IMG/VR virus record: IMGVR_UViG_3300020048_000021 | Location: 105,848 to 169,847 of that record | Strand: one strand, 5' to 3' | Length of the DNA stretch: 64,000 bases | Source: a virus | Taxonomy: Duplodnaviria > Heunggongvirae > Uroviricota > Caudoviricetes | Shown: piece by piece, positions 60,500 to 64,000 of the stretch | Layout: each line of letters begins with the position of its first letter | How positions within the stretch are numbered: the stretch's first letter is position 1 | Program-made: the position numbers and the translations under genes | The notes under the pieces: model-generated | Told to the model about the DNA's origin: nothing | Databases searched by the model: none | What the model saw: only the letters and a program-made list of their open reading frames with translations

Positions 60500-61023
60500 A
60501 CAAAGAATTGATTAAAGAACTTGCTACGCTATCTGAAATGAATCCAAAAGTAGTAAGTTTAATCTTAGCCACTTGGGCACCTTTACCAGAAGCTAATCTT
60601 ATCTTGTCTAAGTTAATGATTAACGATATTCAATCTCGTCTAGATGCTGATGATGATACATGGTCAGACATGGATACATATCATTATGGCTTTAAACAGT
60701 TGCTACTTGAATGCGCTCGTGGACGTGCGGCTGGTGTATTAGATGCACGACAAATCAAAAAGATTATTGATGATTGTTGGTCATATCCGTATGTTGGATA
60801 TGATCTAATTCAATATGTAATCAAGTCAAAACTGTTTGATGGTGAAGTCGCAGGTGATGAGTTAACCGCTATCATTAAGAAAGCAATGGAAGCTAATCCC
60901 AAGGCTGTAGCAGAGCTTAAACAGGGCAAAGACAAGGCAATTGGTGCATTGGTTGGTGCTGTTATGAAACAACAAAAGGCAAGCCCACAAGAAGTACAGG
61001 CTATTATTAGATCGTTACTATAG
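60496..61023 (+). CDS. GatB/YqeY-domain protein
   Basis: C-terminal AMEANPKAVAELKQGKDKAIGALVGAVMKQQKASPQEVQAIIRSLL matches the YqeY/GatB C-terminal consensus. Confidence 0.5.
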   Translation: MNKELIKELATLSEMNPKVVSLILATWAPLPEANLILSKLMINDIQSRLDADDDTWSDMDTYHYGFKQLLLECARGRAAGVLDARQIKKIIDDCWSYPYVGYDLIQYVIKSKLFDGEVAGDELTAIIKKAMEANPKAVAELKQGKDKAIGALVGAVMKQQKASPQEVQAIIRSLL

Positions 61024-61032
61024 GAATAAATC

Positions 61033-61266
61033 ATGAACGAACGAATCAAAGAACTTGCAGTACAGGCTGGTTTACCGACATATATCACACGAGAGATCGG
61101 TCCAACAATAATTCAAAAGTTTGCCAAATTATTGATCAATGAATGTACCGAACAGATTAGATTAAAAGGTACAGACTGGATGGATTTTGCTCCCAGTCAA
61201 CATGGAATTCGCCCAGAGTATGTGGCAATGGCCCAACACATCAACGAGCATTTCGGAGTTGAATAG
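61033..61266 (+). CDS. MNERIKEL...HFGVE paralog family protein
   Basis: MNERIKELAVQAG... ends EHFGVE. Confidence 0.5.
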   Translation: MNERIKELAVQAGLPTYITREIGPTIIQKFAKLLINECTEQIRLKGTDWMDFAPSQHGIRPEYVAMAQHINEHFGVE

Positions 61267-61503
61267 ATGAAGAAAATTGAATTTACCAAAGAATTGATTA
61301 AAGAAATACAAGATTCTTTTCCTGAAGATGAGAAGCCTACAGTAGAGCAAGTAATTATAACGTTGGCAACTAAAGAATATATCGACAATCATTTAGATCA
61401 TTATAAAAATGATCAGTATTATATGATAGATATACAAGCAGAGCTTGCTAATTTTATTGAAGGATTATTTGATGAAATTATTAAACAAGGAGAAGTAAAA
61501 TGA
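61267..61503 (+). CDS. hypothetical acidic protein
   Basis: 78 aa, coupled. Confidence 0.4.
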   Translation: MKKIEFTKELIKEIQDSFPEDEKPTVEQVIITLATKEYIDNHLDHYKNDQYYMIDIQAELANFIEGLFDEIIKQGEVK

Positions 61504-61874
61504 ATCCATTTAAGGATCAAGAGCAATTTATGAAAGCGTGTGACCAATCAGTTGGTGACTTTAACGAAGCACAGTATAAACTATATTGTGATTTGATTGA
61601 CGAAGAATACAACGATGAATTCAAACATGCGTTGGCTACTAATGATCGAGTAGAGCAGTTAGACGCTCTAATTGACATTCTAGTGGTCACGATTGGTGCT
61701 ATCCATAGCGGTGGGTTTGATGCAGAAGGTGCTTGGAATGAAGTAATGAAAACAAACTTCGCCAAAATCGATCTCGATACAGGTAAAGTACGTAAGCGTG
61801 AAGACGGGAAAGTTTTAAAACCGGATGGTTGGGTCGCACCTAACTTGACACCATTCTTAAAGAAGACGGACTGA
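61500..61874 (+). CDS. MazG-like nucleotide pyrophosphohydrolase
   Basis: EExxE/DxxD pattern in DLIDEEYNDEFKHALATNDRVEQLDALIDILVV. Confidence 0.5.
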   Translation: MNPFKDQEQFMKACDQSVGDFNEAQYKLYCDLIDEEYNDEFKHALATNDRVEQLDALIDILVVTIGAIHSGGFDAEGAWNEVMKTNFAKIDLDTGKVRKREDGKVLKPDGWVAPNLTPFLKKTD

Positions 61875-62065
61875 TGAACGAACGAATCAAAGATTTCTTT
61901 CTACTCGTGTTGGTTCACGGGCTGATTCTGCCAGTATTCTGGTTGATTGTTTGGTACAGTGCCCTACACGAACGAGTCAAGGAGATGTACTATCGTTTGT
62001 TTGGTATTCCTTATTACAAAGGCCGAGACAAGTTTATTGACTATGTTAGAAGGACAGACCGATGA
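61874..62065 (+). CDS. small membrane protein starting MNERIKDF
   Basis: 63 aa, shares N-terminal nucleotide/peptide motif with the MNERI paralogs, then TM helix. Confidence 0.4.
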   Translation: MNERIKDFFLLVLVHGLILPVFWLIVWYSALHERVKEMYYRLFGIPYYKGRDKFIDYVRRTDR

Positions 62066-62256
62066 ACGAACGAATTAGAGAACTTTTAGAACAATCTGGT
62101 GTAAAATATGTCACTATGCCTAAAGACACGGTGTACGAAAAGTTCGCTGAGTTGATTGTTAGAGCGTGTGCGGGTGTTTGTCTTGAACAACGTCAATATC
62201 AACCCAAAGAGGTATATGCTAAGGCAGTGTTATCACATTTCGGAGTTGAAGAATGA
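62062..62256 (+). CDS. MNERIKEL...HFGVEE paralog family protein
   Basis: MNERIRELLEQSGV... ends SHFGVEE; GATGA coupling. Confidence 0.5.
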   Translation: MNERIRELLEQSGVKYVTMPKDTVYEKFAELIVRACAGVCLEQRQYQPKEVYAKAVLSHFGVEE

Positions 62257-62579
62257 ACGAACGAATTAGAGAACTATTGAAACAGAGTACCAATCCTCCC
62301 TGGGATGGTGAGCAGGGTCCAATGAACGAATTTAATCTGGAACGGTTCGCCGAGTTGATTGTGAAAGAAATGTGTGACATGATGGAACAAGCAGAGGATG
62401 ATTCGTATCATTGCTTTGAGCCAAGTGAAAGACCCATGGATTACATTCGATTCCTTTATGATTGGCGTACAAGATTTGAAAAACATTTCGGAGTTGAAGA
62501 ACAGACCATCTCTCAGAAAATGGCAGATGCCGGATATACTCGCAGACCACGTGGTTGGACAAAGGAAGATTCAGAATGA
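62253..62579 (+). CDS. MNERIKEL...HFGVEE paralog family protein (extended C-terminus)
   Basis: MNERIRELLKQS... internal KHFGVEEQ. Confidence 0.5.
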   Translation: MNERIRELLKQSTNPPWDGEQGPMNEFNLERFAELIVKEMCDMMEQAEDDSYHCFEPSERPMDYIRFLYDWRTRFEKHFGVEEQTISQKMADAGYTRRPRGWTKEDSE

Positions 62580-62788
62580 AAGAACGTTGGTATAAATTCT
62601 GGTTGCACGTCAATAATGAGATTGGTTCTTTAATTTTTCTTGTAATATTACTATACGCTGATATATTGGATATGATTGAGACAAAATGCAAGAACTTTCT
62701 ACATCGTATGAAAATAAAAAAAATACATAAAGAGAATCCCGAAATTATAGAACTAACAAAATTAGCAGGCATTAAACAACCTGACTAA
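62576..62788 (+). CDS. small membrane protein
   Basis: ATG 62576 in GAATGA overlap; hydrophobic segment. Confidence 0.35.
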   Translation: MKERWYKFWLHVNNEIGSLIFLVILLYADILDMIETKCKNFLHRMKIKKIHKENPEIIELTKLAGIKQPD

Positions 62789-62878
62789 ATACTTTCACTG
62801 CGTTAAACAATGCGTAGTCCTTAACAGAATTAAAACTATGGGCACTTATTCTGTGTGCCGTTACAAATGGAGAAGTAA

Positions 62879-63886
62879 ATGATGTACTCAAACAAGCTAG
62901 CAGTAGCAATCAAAACTAATGGGCAAGTCCTTCGTGAGTATGGGGATAAAGTCTATGTCAAATTCAATTCCGAATATTCAATTCTAATCAAAAATCTACA
63001 CACCACACGAGCAGTAGTCAACGTGTTCATCGACGGAGTAAATCAAACTCCAAGCGGTCTTGTAATCGATGCTGGTCGTGAGTGTGACTTTGAACGTAGT
63101 CTACTTAATGGAAGTTTAACTGCTGGCAACAAATTCAAATTTATTGAACGTACTGCTGGTATTGAGCAGCATCGTGGCGTACAACTCGAAGATGGATTGG
63201 TAAAAATTGAATATCAATTTGAAGCCGCTATGCAATATCGCACAACCACTAATACATTTTTGGTACACGATCATTACTACAATGGTCTCAAAGTTGGCAC
63301 AAGCAATCACCCACTGAATGTAGATAAAAGTTGGTTATCTGCCAGTGGGTCGTCTGTCAATGCTTACAACTCTAGTATAGCGACATCTCATTCTAGTTTT
63401 CGTGGAATGAGTGGGGGTGGGGGTGGTCAACCTACTGGAGGAATGGGTGGGGGTGGGGGTCCTGCACCTGAGGGAGTTTACAACGTAGGTGGTATCGCTC
63501 GTAGTGCTGATGTGAGCAAGAATGGTCAGTTTACTGGTGCGGTAGCAAGTGCGGCTGTCAATCAATACTGTAAGGACAACGGCATCAATTCATTCACAGG
63601 CGAGGTGCACGAGGGCTGTGCTACTATGGACTTGTACAACGATACTGGCATCACGGTAAGCGGCAGCAAGAGTACCCAGAAGTTCGCTACGACCACAATG
63701 GGCACTATGGATCCAGACAAATTCTCGATGGTCATTAAATTGTTGGGCGAGACGCCAGATAACAAGCCTGTACTTAAGCCTGTTACTGTAAAATCAAAAC
63801 CTAAATGCGTTACTTGTGGAACTCAAAATAAAGCAACTGCTCATTTTTGTACTAAGTGTGGGACAGCATTAGAAATCTTCGCTTAA
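62879..63886 (+). CDS. hypothetical protein with Gly-rich linker and C-terminal zinc ribbon
   Basis: GMSGGGGGQPTGGMGGGGGP and CVTCGTQNKATAHFCTKCGT. Confidence 0.45.
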   Translation: MMYSNKLAVAIKTNGQVLREYGDKVYVKFNSEYSILIKNLHTTRAVVNVFIDGVNQTPSGLVIDAGRECDFERSLLNGSLTAGNKFKFIERTAGIEQHRGVQLEDGLVKIEYQFEAAMQYRTTTNTFLVHDHYYNGLKVGTSNHPLNVDKSWLSASGSSVNAYNSSIATSHSSFRGMSGGGGGQPTGGMGGGGGPAPEGVYNVGGIARSADVSKNGQFTGAVASAAVNQYCKDNGINSFTGEVHEGCATMDLYNDTGITVSGSKSTQKFATTTMGTMDPDKFSMVIKLLGETPDNKPVLKPVTVKSKPKCVTCGTQNKATAHFCTKCGTALEIFA

Positions 63887-63911
63887 ACTGCTCAAAAAGT
63901 AAGCAAAAAGG

Positions 63912-63976
63912 TGTTGTAGAAATACAACACTTTTTTACGGCAAAATATTGACAATAAATCCATATTCCTGTATAAT
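63912..63976 (+). promoter_or_regulatory. PeSL cassette: palindrome TGTTGTA-N4-TACAACA followed by T-run, then promoter TTGACA(63948-63953)-17-TATAAT(63971-63976) and conserved leader
   Basis: sequence read; leader ATACACATACACTAGAGAAAAGGA identical to copies at 16412, 16710 and 17285. Confidence 0.7.
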
Positions 63977-64000
63977 ATACACATACACTAGAGAAAAGGA

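Overview
This 64 kb window is AT-rich and looks like the accessory (hyperplastic) region of a large T4-like myovirus genome. I call about 115 protein-coding genes and about 34 tRNA or tRNA-like genes, grouped in clusters near 11.4-12.8 kb, 14.7-15.6 kb, 18.3-18.7 kb, 21.7-23.1 kb, 27.4-28.2 kb and 30.8-31.2 kb. Coding is mostly on the + strand, with three inverted blocks on the - strand: 4703-6721, 44855-47003 (the lysis cassette) and 58750-60092. T4-like markers recognised from protein motifs include an NrdC-like glutaredoxin, a PAAR (gp5.4-like) spike tip, rIIA/rIIB, RNA ligase 1 (gp63-like), a second KxDG RNA ligase with a polynucleotide-kinase-like P-loop kinase (tRNA repair), a GH19 endolysin with spanins, and a GIY-YIG nuclease. 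Transcription signals are unusually clear. At least 20 sigma70-type promoters are TTGACA(A/G)TAAATC, an exact 17 bp spacer, then TATAAT. Many are preceded by a sequence-conserved palindrome TGTTGTA-N5-TACAACA, which matches the PeSL (promoter-early stem-loop) cassettes known from T4-type phages. Accessory cargo of interest includes an adjacent PRPP-synthetase-like and NAMPT-like gene pair with the architecture of the phage NAD+ reconstitution pathway NARP1, followed by NADAR and macro-domain genes. A module of host-envelope-type genes is also present: a Gram-negative porin, an OmpA-like protein, a metallophosphoesterase, GT4 and TPR-GT9 glycosyltransferases, a delta-9 fatty acid desaturase, a SleB-like hydrolase and a SPFH protein. 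Other cargo includes a B12-binding radical SAM enzyme inside the tRNA region, a (p)ppGpp-hydrolase-like HD protein, MazG-like and GatB/YqeY-like proteins, and several small paralog families. The most unexplained structure is a family of long inverted repeats (core GTGTATTTCAATATGGTAA) in the 18.0-19.35 kb and 22.83-22.94 kb tRNA regions. These form 15-19 bp stems with G-U wobble pairs and enclose tRNA-like or T-arm-containing sequences; alongside them sit an aberrant tRNA-like element, a 95-nt Sec-like tRNA gene and a pseudoknotted non-coding stretch. All calls rest on reading the sequence and the ORF track by eye; no searches were run, and tRNA folds were done by hand.
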